A stretch of 33,608 nucleotides of DNA, from positions 1 to 33,608 of IMG/VR virus record IMGVR_UViG_3300042807_000483; one strand, written 5' to 3'. A program made the position numbers and the translations under genes. Source of the stretch: a virus (taxonomy: Duplodnaviria > Caudoviricetes). Below are positions 7,571 through 15,575 of the stretch, piece after piece; within the stretch, counting starts at the first letter, position 1, and each line of letters opens with the position of its first letter. The notes beneath the pieces are model-generated. The model had not been told where the DNA came from. It did no database searches and saw only the letters and a list, made by a program, of their open reading frames with translations.

Positions 7571-8456
7571 CTTCCTGTTGGAGGGTTTTAATTTGTACAA
7601 GTTCTTTACGTTCGGGTTCGGGTTCCTCAATATCAAGGATGCTTATGGCGTTGGGGCGTAAACGGGCTAGCCGTTCGTTGATAAGTTCGGATGCTGGACG
7701 GACAGAGATGTCAACCTTTGCATCTATCTCAATTCCACCACGGACACCAGCACGGTCAAGTATCTCCGTTGCTGCTTTGAGCTTGACGGGTTCGGACTCA
7801 GCGGACTCCATCAGCTGTTCCAGAATCTCAACAGCAATGGGGGCAGCTTGATAGGCTCTCGCCCTCGCTCGTGCAACAGCACCCGTTATGTTGTTGTTCT
7901 TTGTTCCAAGATGCTTTTGGCACAGGCCGTCATCCGTTACACGATTGGCAGACCAGAGCAGGCATCGGGTGTTATCAGATTTGATAAGTCGACACCGTTG
8001 GGGCGGGCCGTGCTGAATCGGCATCGCCTTAGGGTTACCGTTCTCCCTCGAGGTACGGATACGAATCCAGGTTCTCGTCGCTGCGACAACCCACAGCGGT
8101 GCGAGAGAGTCAGCGGTCTCCTCGAGAAGGAGAGCCTCCTCCGTTAGGTAATCGGAGTCCAGGTTCCTTGGGTCGACCAGAATTGTCTTGCGGTCTTCCG
8201 CACGCCGTTCCGACATACGAGATGCCATCTCGGGTGATAGTGCCAAAATGTTACCCGTTGGCTCGCCGTTCTCGTCATAGATAATTTGCCAGTTGAGTCG
8301 GTTGACACGAAGAACTGAACGGTTTTCATATGTGTCTTCACAAACACCACGGTCTATTTCTTCGAGACCGTAGAAAGATAGGTCAGGCCTGAAGTCTCGG
8401 GGAGCGGAGTCGTATACTATATCAGGCATATGACTTTTGTCAAGTTCGTTTGACAT
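7548..8456 (-). CDS. Putative terminase small subunit-like DNA-binding protein
   Basis: C-x9-C...C-x2-H zinc motif followed by AAPIAVEILEQLMESAESEPVKLKAATEILDRAG, a helical motif typical of phage small-terminase-like proteins; GGAGG RBS. Confidence 0.55.
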   Translation of the reverse strand: MSNELDKSHMPDIVYDSAPRDFRPDLSFYGLEEIDRGVCEDTYENRSVLRVNRLNWQIIYDENGEPTGNILALSPEMASRMSERRAEDRKTILVDPRNLDSDYLTEEALLLEETADSLAPLWVVAATRTWIRIRTSRENGNPKAMPIQHGPPQRCRLIKSDNTRCLLWSANRVTDDGLCQKHLGTKNNNITGAVARARARAYQAAPIAVEILEQLMESAESEPVKLKAATEILDRAGVRGGIEIDAKVDISVRPASELINERLARLRPNAISILDIEEPEPERKELVQIKTLQQEDEDETDA

Positions 8457-8578
8457 ATTCCTCCGAAAGAATTTTTGGCGCGAGGAGAGAGGCGGGAGCC
8501 TTTCTTGCCGTTTGTGGCCATTTCATCTCGTTTTAATATACCACAGCTCTGGTTGAGTTACATGCGATTTTTGATATA

Positions 8579-8908
8579 CTAGAGTTGAGTAATGACATGC
8601 TCAGCGACTGCCATTTGAATGACAGGACGAGGCTGTGCCCCAACGATTCTTTTTACAAGGGAGCCGTTGACATAAAGAATCATGGTCGGGATTCCCTGAA
8701 CCTTCAGCTCTTCGACGAGCTCAGGATTGGAATCAGCATCAACTTTTGCAACTAACAACTTGTCGCCAAACTCATCAGAGACTGAGTTGAGAATTGGGTT
8801 CATCCGTTTGCATGGGCCACACCACTCGGCCCAGACATCGACAAGAACTACACCGTTGCGGTCTAGAACTTCCGATTGAAAATTTTCTGACGTTACATCT
8901 TTTATCAT
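8579..8908 (-). CDS. trxA: Thioredoxin
   Basis: WAEWCGPCK active site, cis-Pro GIPT, 109 aa. Confidence 0.95.
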   Translation of the reverse strand: MIKDVTSENFQSEVLDRNGVVLVDVWAEWCGPCKRMNPILNSVSDEFGDKLLVAKVDADSNPELVEELKVQGIPTMILYVNGSLVKRIVGAQPRPVIQMAVAEHVITQL

Positions 8909-8912
8909 GGCG

Positions 8913-9560
8913 TCAGTCTACAACAACATCAAGTCCTTTAGGGTAGGGTTTTACTTCGTACTTAAGTTTTTCAAGTAGCTCACGTTTACGCCATTTGTTT
9001 CCGCGAAACATTACATACCTATGTTTCCGAGGACGCTCGTGTCTTTCCATCCGTTCACCATAAAAAGCTTTTGCACCGTTGACTCCACCATGCTCGTCAA
9101 ACAAGTGACGAGAGTGTGACCCAGACTTACCGTCTAATCTCCACTCAACATGTCTGTCCGACATTCCCGTGTATAACCAGTTGGTCGCTTGGTACACCAC
9201 CCCAACATGGCCAGCACCAATCTCGGCATACGAGACAACAATGTCTTTATCCGCAGGCAACATCCGAAGCGACTGACCGATAAGAAACGATTCCGCATTC
9301 CTAGGTGTCACATCAGCAATCCACAGCCGAGTCAACTCAATGACATTAACGGCTTCTTCTGGGCCACAGACTCCTTTGCATAGCGAATGCGATGCGGGTT
9401 TTCCATAGATAATACATCCGACCATCTCCTCGGTCACAGAATCAAATAATCCGAAGGTGTACATGGAGGGTGCCCGACGGTGGAGGTAGTGAAACTCCAC
9501 TACCATCTCTGTCGCTACTCGAGAAGAAATCTCTCGAACCACGTACTTCTCTAATGCCAA
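8913..9560 (-). CDS. Mom-family GNAT (putative DNA adenine-modifying acyltransferase)
   Basis: HYLHR, IELTRLW, RNAESFLIG, VSYAE, GHVGVVYQATNWLYTG, KHRY motifs characteristic of Mu Mom-like proteins. Confidence 0.8.
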   Translation of the reverse strand: MALEKYVVREISSRVATEMVVEFHYLHRRAPSMYTFGLFDSVTEEMVGCIIYGKPASHSLCKGVCGPEEAVNVIELTRLWIADVTPRNAESFLIGQSLRMLPADKDIVVSYAEIGAGHVGVVYQATNWLYTGMSDRHVEWRLDGKSGSHSRHLFDEHGGVNGAKAFYGERMERHERPRKHRYVMFRGNKWRKRELLEKLKYEVKPYPKGLDVVVD

Positions 9561-9589
9561 CGTCTTCCCTGTCTCTGCCCCCGAACTAG

Positions 9590-10141
9590 CTAATCAGATT
9601 TAGAACTACCCTTGTACCTCTTCCAAAAGTCAAAGAAAGACTTTTTTGGTTTCGACTCTGACTCCGCCTTTTCTTTATTTTTTTCTGCAATAAGAGGTTC
9701 AAAATCAGAAAGTTGTTTATTCAACTCGTCGAGAACATCCTCAAAGTTCACGTCGGGGTCTTCCAGCATTTCAATAATCCTTTGTGGATTAAGACGACTA
9801 TCCAGCTCACCAAAAGAATCAGGAGAAGAAGCACTACCAACCGTACTTTTAAAAGTCCACTGCCCAAGGATTTCTGCAATGCCATTGAAAGACATAGCTT
9901 CAAGTTCCTCGCGCTTCTTCTGGTCTATAAGCGCCAACTTAAAAATATCCAGCATAGCCATCAACTGCACAGGGCCATGGGGAGCTGTCAAAGCAGAGAT
10001 GACAGACTGGTGTGGCATTTCGTACATCCCGATAACTTCACCAGAGAAGTACTCCGTCTCTATGAGAACAGTCGGAATTGGTTTGAACTCAGTAAATAAA
10101 CCGACCACTTGAGTCTCGCTTTCGTTCCCTCGTAAGTTCAC
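9590..10141 (-). CDS. Hypothetical protein
   Basis: 183-aa ORF in the minus-strand operon; start uncertain. Confidence 0.6.
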   Translation of the reverse strand: MNLRGNESETQVVGLFTEFKPIPTVLIETEYFSGEVIGMYEMPHQSVISALTAPHGPVQLMAMLDIFKLALIDQKKREELEAMSFNGIAEILGQWTFKSTVGSASSPDSFGELDSRLNPQRIIEMLEDPDVNFEDVLDELNKQLSDFEPLIAEKNKEKAESESKPKKSFFDFWKRYKGSSKSD

Positions 10142-10421
10142 TTCTTTTTGTCCCCTTCTTTTTTCCCTTGTTAAATTTTAGCTTAATTGAGCCACTACCT
10201 CCGAAATATCCAAGGGTGTATTTCTTACCAGCTTGAGCTTCTTCGGGTGTTGCGTCCTCCCAAAGGAGAGCAATCAGTTCATCTACCGTAAATTCTTCAT
10301 TAGAAAACCTAAGCACATCGTAGAGAAAACTATGAGTCCCAAGGCTCTTTGTCATAAACCCAGCCTCTTCGATATCTTCTAAAAACTTTTCAAGGTCCAT
10401 CTGGGTCTCCGTCCACATCAA
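10089..10421 (-). CDS. Hypothetical protein
   Basis: 110 aa, basic C-terminus, overlaps neighbours. Confidence 0.6.
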   Translation of the reverse strand: MMWTETQMDLEKFLEDIEEAGFMTKSLGTHSFLYDVLRFSNEEFTVDELIALLWEDATPEEAQAGKKYTLGYFGGSGSIKLKFNKGKKKGTKRSELTRERKRDSSGRFIY

Positions 10422-10698
10422 AATCTAAACTCGACAAAATAATCTCTTCCCTAGTTTGGTCCATCAGTCTAGGTAACTCACTAAAGCTATCTAAGTACAT
10501 TGCGCAGTATTGCGCAACCTCGACACCAAAACGCTCGAGGGATACTGCCAAAAAGTGGGCGACTGACTTTTCTTTGAAGCAAAACAAGACCGTCCACATT
10601 CCGACTTCTGCACCGAACTTTTTCTTAAGCTCAAAGCCAAGATGCTCAGCAGAGCCATAAGGGAAATGGTTATCCCCGTTCAATCGAGCAAATGCCAC
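10390..10698 (-). CDS. Hypothetical protein
   Basis: 102 aa; GGAGGT RBS upstream. Confidence 0.6.
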   Translation of the reverse strand: MAFARLNGDNHFPYGSAEHLGFELKKKFGAEVGMWTVLFCFKEKSVAHFLAVSLERFGVEVAQYCAMYLDSFSELPRLMDQTREEIILSSLDFDVDGDPDGP

Positions 10699-11056
10699 AG
10701 ACCACCTCCGCTTCTAAAACTCCTCCCCTAGCTATACGACCATAGGCAGTAGGAGCTCCCTCTATATCTAAACCACAAGACTCACACTCTGCCGTGAGCC
10801 AAACATATTCACCACCAGATTCGAAGCATTTCTCTACGGCTCGATTCAAGGTTGCGTATCTCCCACGTTCATCGAATCGCATTTCCCGTCTAAAGAAACG
10901 AGACACCGTTCCAAAGCTACGACCAACTACTCGGACCCCACCTTCGCACCGACACAAGGTAGTGCTCCCGTGGCATCTCGCGTACTCAGTATCCGCCAGT
11001 ACATGTTTGGACACAGGGTGTCCGCACACACAAATGTCTACTCCGAAGTTGTCCAT
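10670..11056 (-). CDS. Cys/His-rich zinc-binding protein (paralog B)
   Basis: ICVCGHPVSKH...C...CRC and C-terminal CESC...CGIC; start may be 11056 or 11077. Confidence 0.65.
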   Translation of the reverse strand: MDNFGVDICVCGHPVSKHVLADTEYARCHGSTTLCRCEGGVRVVGRSFGTVSRFFRREMRFDERGRYATLNRAVEKCFESGGEYVWLTAECESCGLDIEGAPTAYGRIARGGVLEAEVVCGICSIERG

Positions 11057-11517
11057 GATGTATAGCACCCCATGCAAATAAGTTTATCAATGCCAGTAGA
11101 AGAAATAGCAGGTCTATCGAAAGCAATATCCACTGCCACAGGAATAGGTTCCAACATTTCTGTCAGACACATATCGCACCGAGGTCCGTCTACTCCTTTG
11201 TTTCCCGTTACGTCCAACCACTCAATAGCGACGTCATCTGCTCTGCATGATGTAATCGCTTTACCTAAAGCGTGATTGACTCCGACTCCTTCAGTCGTAT
11301 ACATGAACTTCCGAAGGTTATTAGTCTTGAGGATTTCTCTACTTTTATTACACCGACAACGACCTTTAGCAGGAGTACAAATTTCAATATCTCCTGCCTT
11401 TCCGTGGTACGTCATTGGGTGTCCACAGACGCAAACTTTCTTGTCCTTGACCTTCTTCAATCTCCCACTTCGATACATCTCGAGTGCTTCATCACTCATC
11501 GGACTGATGACTCTCAT
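11038..11517 (-). CDS. Cys/His-rich zinc-binding protein (paralog A)
   Basis: VCVCGHPMTYH...C...CRC and C-terminal CDMC...CMGC. Confidence 0.7.
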   Translation of the reverse strand: MRVISPMSDEALEMYRSGRLKKVKDKKVCVCGHPMTYHGKAGDIEICTPAKGRCRCNKSREILKTNNLRKFMYTTEGVGVNHALGKAITSCRADDVAIEWLDVTGNKGVDGPRCDMCLTEMLEPIPVAVDIAFDRPAISSTGIDKLICMGCYTSWTTSE

Positions 11518-11586
11518 ACCGTTCTCCGTCTCTTTTCTAGGATATCACTAATATACTACAAGACCCTTTTTAGGCCATATTTCTAC

Positions 11587-11848
11587 ACTAATGTCTACTA
11601 ATGTCTACTAATGTCTACTAATCCTACTAATCCAGACTAATACGACTAATCTGATTGAAAAACCTAATTACGCATGATGTGCGCACGTGTATATAGAGAA
11701 AATCAATTAAATTAGTAGCTTTAGTCTACATTAGTCTACATTAGTCTTCAATAAAATTAGTAGGATTAGTGCGTTTTAGTCTGCTTTAGTCTACATTAGT
11801 TGCTTTAGGAACATTAGTAGGATTAGTCTGCTTTAGTCTACATTAGTC
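11587..11848. repeat. Inverted array of ~10-bp iteron-like repeats (candidate replication origin)
   Basis: 7 ACTAAT cores at 9-10 bp spacing (11587-11650), a ~60-bp spacer, then ~14 TTAGT cores in the opposite orientation (11712-11847); no ORF. Confidence 0.8.
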
Positions 11849-11909
11849 CACCCACCACCGCAATCCAGAAACCAAAAAAGGGGGGCTGTCTACTTGACAA
11901 CCCCCCTCC

Positions 11910-11929
11910 ACTTGACAAGTTTGTCAAGT
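11910..11929. promoter_or_regulatory. Palindrome ACTTGACAA-GT-TTGTCAAGT (operator-like; two opposed TTGACA)
   Basis: Perfect 9-bp inverted repeat; another ACTTGACAA at 11892-11900 lies inside a GGGGG/CCCCC hairpin. Confidence 0.5.
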
Positions 11930-11942
11930 AAGGATGACCTAA

Positions 11943-12041
11943 TCAGCCACCGTTACGCTTCTTATACATCGATGCAGCCACAGCAAACATCACCAGAAAC
12001 AAAACCGACACTGCTGTCACGAAACCAAACATAAAACTCAT
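11943..12041 (-). CDS. 32-aa single-pass membrane peptide (not in ORF track)
   Basis: MSFMFGFVTAVSVLFLVMFAVAASMYKKRNGG*; TAATG coupling to the upstream stop. Confidence 0.65.
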   Translation of the reverse strand: MSFMFGFVTAVSVLFLVMFAVAASMYKKRNGG

Positions 12042-12637
12042 TACGTCCATCTTTCACCTCCCTCTCCGAAGTTGGAATCTCCATAGCTACTGCCCCCCTC
12101 TGTCCCTTTTGAAGTTTTCCTCATCTTTCCAGACGACAACTCCCCTCGCAAATATCTCATCAAAGAAGGTGTAATCCCCACCACCTCAGACAGAGGTGGA
12201 ACAAATCCTCCACCCCCGTCAACTAACATCCGTTGCACATAAGCACTCGACTGCAACACATCATCCGACACAGGGTCCAACCAAATCCAGCCGTCACCAC
12301 TTAGAGGATTGTCCATGACGTCTTGTAACAGCACATCAGCTTTCTCAAAAGGAGTTGACCCAATGCCAACTTCTTCCACTACTCGACCCTCCGCCCCGAT
12401 ATGTCCAAAGCCCAGCAAACGCGCCAAGACAGGAATGTCTTCTGACCACCCCGTTAGCCACACAATCTCAGCACCAAAATCTTCACACAGGGCCACCAAC
12501 TCAGCCACAGCCGACGTTGACCAGACAAACGTATATCCGCCAAAGTCTATGGAATCAAAACTTTTTAAGCCCCACAAGTCCGCAGCCCTAGGAGCGTTGA
12601 TGGCTCCATCTATTTCTAGGTATATGCGAAAACTCAT
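12041..12637 (-). CDS. HAD-superfamily (Swiss-Army-knife RNA-repair HAD-like) protein, degenerate motif I
   Basis: IYLEIDGAIN (canonical LDxDGVL), IVWLTGW, WIWLD, VGIT. Confidence 0.6.
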   Translation of the reverse strand: MSFRIYLEIDGAINAPRAADLWGLKSFDSIDFGGYTFVWSTSAVAELVALCEDFGAEIVWLTGWSEDIPVLARLLGFGHIGAEGRVVEEVGIGSTPFEKADVLLQDVMDNPLSGDGWIWLDPVSDDVLQSSAYVQRMLVDGGGGFVPPLSEVVGITPSLMRYLRGELSSGKMRKTSKGTEGGSSYGDSNFGEGGERWT

Positions 12638-12646
12638 ACAACAATT

Positions 12647-12961
12647 CTAGTCCTTAAAGACCAAGGTGTATCGCTCACTATCAACATCTAAGCTATGTCC
12701 AATGTTTGCATACTCTTCCACATCTCCACGGCCTCTAACCAAAAATACCCGCTCACCAGATTTCAACTCCACACCGATTCCGTTCCCCGCATACTTAGCA
12801 AGAACCGTCCAGCACTGTAGTTCCACGTCCCACTCAACAGGTTCGGAGATATGCCAGTAGAACTCCTCACGACCCTCTACAACAGCTTCCAGCCATTCAA
12901 AGACAACAGCGTCCTGCCTGTCCTTAAGACTCTTGCTCAGCTCTTCCCAATAGTTACCCAT
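12647..12961 (-). CDS. Hypothetical protein
   Basis: 104 aa; TAATG coupling. Confidence 0.65.
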   Translation of the reverse strand: MGNYWEELSKSLKDRQDAVVFEWLEAVVEGREEFYWHISEPVEWDVELQCWTVLAKYAGNGIGVELKSGERVFLVRGRGDVEEYANIGHSLDVDSERYTLVFKD

Positions 12962-13491
12962 TACCGACGTTTTCCTTTCCCAGGAGAATTCAACAGCCCA
13001 AGCTTACGCCCGTAAGCCAGACGCTCATGTACAGTCTTGACCGAACTCAAACCTTCTGCCTGCGCTATCAGCGCTGCAGGATTGTTGATATTGAATCCCA
13101 ACGCCAAAAGGTACAGAGCACACGTCTTTTCTACGGCTCCAGAAACCCCAGAACGTTCCAAAGTTTCATAGTGCTCCATTAAATGTGACAAACAATGCGC
13201 CCTGCGACCTTCATCTGACGAACCAGGCACCCCAGAAACACCATTTCCTGACCACACAGCGAATTCTACGACCCCCTGAGCGATATGTCCGCACCTTTGC
13301 TCTGCCTCTGCAACCGTATAACCGAGAATAGGAATCAAGAAATTACCCACTACCCGTAAGTTTTTCTCAGAGTTATGGGAAACCCACCACTCAGTACAGT
13401 TGCCAGAGTCCAGCGGAATCACTTTTACCGTTGCAAACGACTCACCAAGGTGGTACTTCAGGAGTCTTTGCTCATACAACGGTCCAGACAT
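12961..13491 (-). CDS. Putative DNA-binding protein with C-terminal HTH
   Basis: PAALIAQAEGLSSVKTVHERLAYGRKLGLL..PGKGK is HTH-like; GAAAAGG RBS. Confidence 0.6.
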   Translation of the reverse strand: MSGPLYEQRLLKYHLGESFATVKVIPLDSGNCTEWWVSHNSEKNLRVVGNFLIPILGYTVAEAEQRCGHIAQGVVEFAVWSGNGVSGVPGSSDEGRRAHCLSHLMEHYETLERSGVSGAVEKTCALYLLALGFNINNPAALIAQAEGLSSVKTVHERLAYGRKLGLLNSPGKGKRR

Positions 13492-13533
13492 CTAGTACCT
13501 TTTCTACAAAGTTAGGGGTTTACGAGCAAAGAG

Positions 13534-14274
13534 CTAGTCCACCCTTACCGCTGAAGCGAAGACTACGCGAGAAGCCATCTTCGAAATAGAGATAATTGCA
13601 AGCGGAGCGCTGATAGACAACACAAAACCCGCCCAAAAACGAGGCTCAGTGAAGTTCCACTCCCAAAAATCGCCAGTGTGGAAGCCATTAGCGCCCACTG
13701 CAACTGCAGCAAAGAAGACCATCCCCATAATTGCCCCAGCAGTGCTCTCCCTATTACCTTCATCATCTGTCCTAGAGGACAAAATCAGGTACGCCAGAAG
13801 AAACAGCAGGTACATCAGCTCGATAAAGAAGAAAAACAGCGAGGCCATCCACGCTTGCGACAATCCAACAAAGACTGCCACGGATGTGATGCCGTTGAAC
13901 GACACAATTGCGGAGGTTATGAAAGCGACGGCTACGGCGAATACCCAGCTTGCCAAGACAACACCTTGGTCAATCTGGATACGAGGAGCACGACGTGACT
14001 CTTGGACTTCATAGCGGTCAAGAGTTTTCTTCTTTGCCTTCTCGATGTACCTCTTCTTTGCTTTGGCCATCCTAATGTCAAAGGGTGACTCAGAAGTGGA
14101 AGGAGCAGATGCAGATGCAGACTCAGGCACAGGCTTAACAGCGGGGGCAATAATCTCTGCCATACCAGCCGTTGGTGCAGGAGGCGCAGGAGGTACGGAG
14201 CTGTTACTCAGCCCGACACTATCTTCTGAACCGTCTCCAAGACTTATAAATACTTCATTACGTGGATTGCTCAT
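13534..14274 (-). CDS. Multi-pass membrane protein
   Basis: Pro/Ala-rich N-terminus then ~4 hydrophobic helices; leaderless (TATACT 6 nt before ATG). Confidence 0.75.
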   Translation of the reverse strand: MSNPRNEVFISLGDGSEDSVGLSNSSVPPAPPAPTAGMAEIIAPAVKPVPESASASAPSTSESPFDIRMAKAKKRYIEKAKKKTLDRYEVQESRRAPRIQIDQGVVLASWVFAVAVAFITSAIVSFNGITSVAVFVGLSQAWMASLFFFFIELMYLLFLLAYLILSSRTDDEGNRESTAGAIMGMVFFAAVAVGANGFHTGDFWEWNFTEPRFWAGFVLSISAPLAIISISKMASRVVFASAVRVD

Positions 14275-14357
14275 AAGAAAAGTATATACTAGTTCCCACT
14301 ACTAGTGCAAGTCAGTGCTACACTTCAAGCTAACCACACGATAGAGAGGTAGATAAG

Positions 14358-14510
14358 ATGCAAGACACAGAGACTAAAGTTCCCTCCGACGACACCCCTA
14401 GCGGTTTCAATGGACTAACCTGGGGAGAGATACGAGAGTGGGAGCGGAAGAGTGCAGATTCCTGCAAGCGCTTCCACGAACAGCCCTGCAACTGCTCCCC
14501 ATGGGACTAG
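14358..14510 (+). CDS. 50-aa hypothetical protein (not in ORF track)
   Basis: MQDTETKV...CKRFHEQPCNCSPWD*; preceded by TAACCACACG and a GAGAGG RBS. Confidence 0.55.
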   Translation: MQDTETKVPSDDTPSGFNGLTWGEIREWERKSADSCKRFHEQPCNCSPWD

Positions 14511-14704
14511 ACGAAAACACAGTAGACTGGGCCGTCCAGTACAAAAAAGCCAGAAACAAGTACATCTGGACGACAAAAAATGCACCTGAAAAAGTTGCAG
14601 AGGCTAAAGAGCACTACAAGAAGATGGAACTTGCTTACCTCGTAGACCAACTTCTCCATGGAAAACCAACGGGACTAGAGAGAAAAACTTATTATGATTG
14701 CTGA
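14501..14704 (+). CDS. Hypothetical protein (start revised to ATG 14501)
   Basis: MGLDENTVDW...; overlaps upstream and downstream ORFs. Confidence 0.55.
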   Translation: MGLDENTVDWAVQYKKARNKYIWTTKNAPEKVAEAKEHYKKMELAYLVDQLLHGKPTGLERKTYYDC

Positions 14705-14909
14705 CATTCCAGAAAACACACTAATAGCGCTTGAAGCCTCGGAAATCCACGACGGTTGGTCAGCAGCGGTTCTCTCCAGTGGAGACATCATCAACCGATG
14801 GGACCCCGATACAGAGTCAGAGCAACATCTTCTTACCGTCAAGCTGATTCAAGTTTTTGTTGAGCAGATGGCATCTAAGGGCTTCGAAGAAATTCCAGAG
14901 ACGACTTAG
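14694..14909 (+). CDS. Hypothetical protein
   Basis: 71 aa; converges on whiB with a 4-nt stop overlap. Confidence 0.55.
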   Translation: MIADIPENTLIALEASEIHDGWSAAVLSSGDIINRWDPDTESEQHLLTVKLIQVFVEQMASKGFEEIPETT

Positions 14910-15220
14910 AAGTCTCTGTATAAATTCCAAGGACGTAGACCTCTGCGCTTCATTGAAGCTCGCTCACGCTCGGTTGTTCCGCCCCACACACCCATCTCGT
15001 TGTTTTTGACTGCCCACTCTAGGCACTCAGCAACATAAGGGCATTGCCTACATAAACTTTTTGCCTCTGCCGTACTTTCCCTGAACTCAGGCTCACTGGG
15101 CTCAACAAAGAATAGTTCTACATTTTTTCCTTGACAAGATGGTGGTCCCTTCTTAGGGTCTGCAAAATCAGGATACTCCCAAGACTCAGCGCCTTTTCCG
15201 AAGTAGCTTCCACTGGACAC
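14906..15220 (-). CDS. whiB: WhiB-family Fe-S transcriptional regulator
   Basis: C...FF...AKSLCRQCPYVAEC...GVWGGTTERER. Confidence 0.93.
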   Translation of the reverse strand: MSSGSYFGKGAESWEYPDFADPKKGPPSCQGKNVELFFVEPSEPEFRESTAEAKSLCRQCPYVAECLEWAVKNNEMGVWGGTTERERASMKRRGLRPWNLYRDF

Positions 15221-15555
15221 TAAGTCACCTTTTTCTTGTTTCGGCTGTTTACTCCCCCGACTAGATGAATGAGGGGGATAAATACTTTTCCTGTCTTAAT
15301 AATATCTCTACGTTGCCTCTGACTTGTCCCGCCCCACACCCCCACTAAATTTTCTTCAATTGCATAAGTGAGGCACTTCAGTTGGTATGGGCACGTGTAG
15401 CAAACCTTTTTTGCCTCGTTTGTTATGTACGTGGCGTTTACTGGATACTCGTCATCCAAGTCCGCAAAGAACATGTCTGGTGGGTAGTGAACACAAGGGG
15501 GTTCGCCCTCTTCTGAGAAGTCTGGGTAGTTATTGAATTCTATGTTGATGTCCAC
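15220..15555 (-). CDS. whiB: WhiB-family Fe-S transcriptional regulator (second copy)
   Basis: C...MFF...AKKVCYTCPYQLKC...GVWGGTSQRQR. Confidence 0.93.
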   Translation of the reverse strand: MDINIEFNNYPDFSEEGEPPCVHYPPDMFFADLDDEYPVNATYITNEAKKVCYTCPYQLKCLTYAIEENLVGVWGGTSQRQRRDIIKTGKVFIPLIHLVGGVNSRNKKKVT

Positions 15556-15575
15556 AGTAGAACACTATAGGAGAC

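Noticed and set aside
11587-11848. CRISPR array
   Set aside because: Units are ~10 bp, tandem and lack unique spacers; no cas genes.
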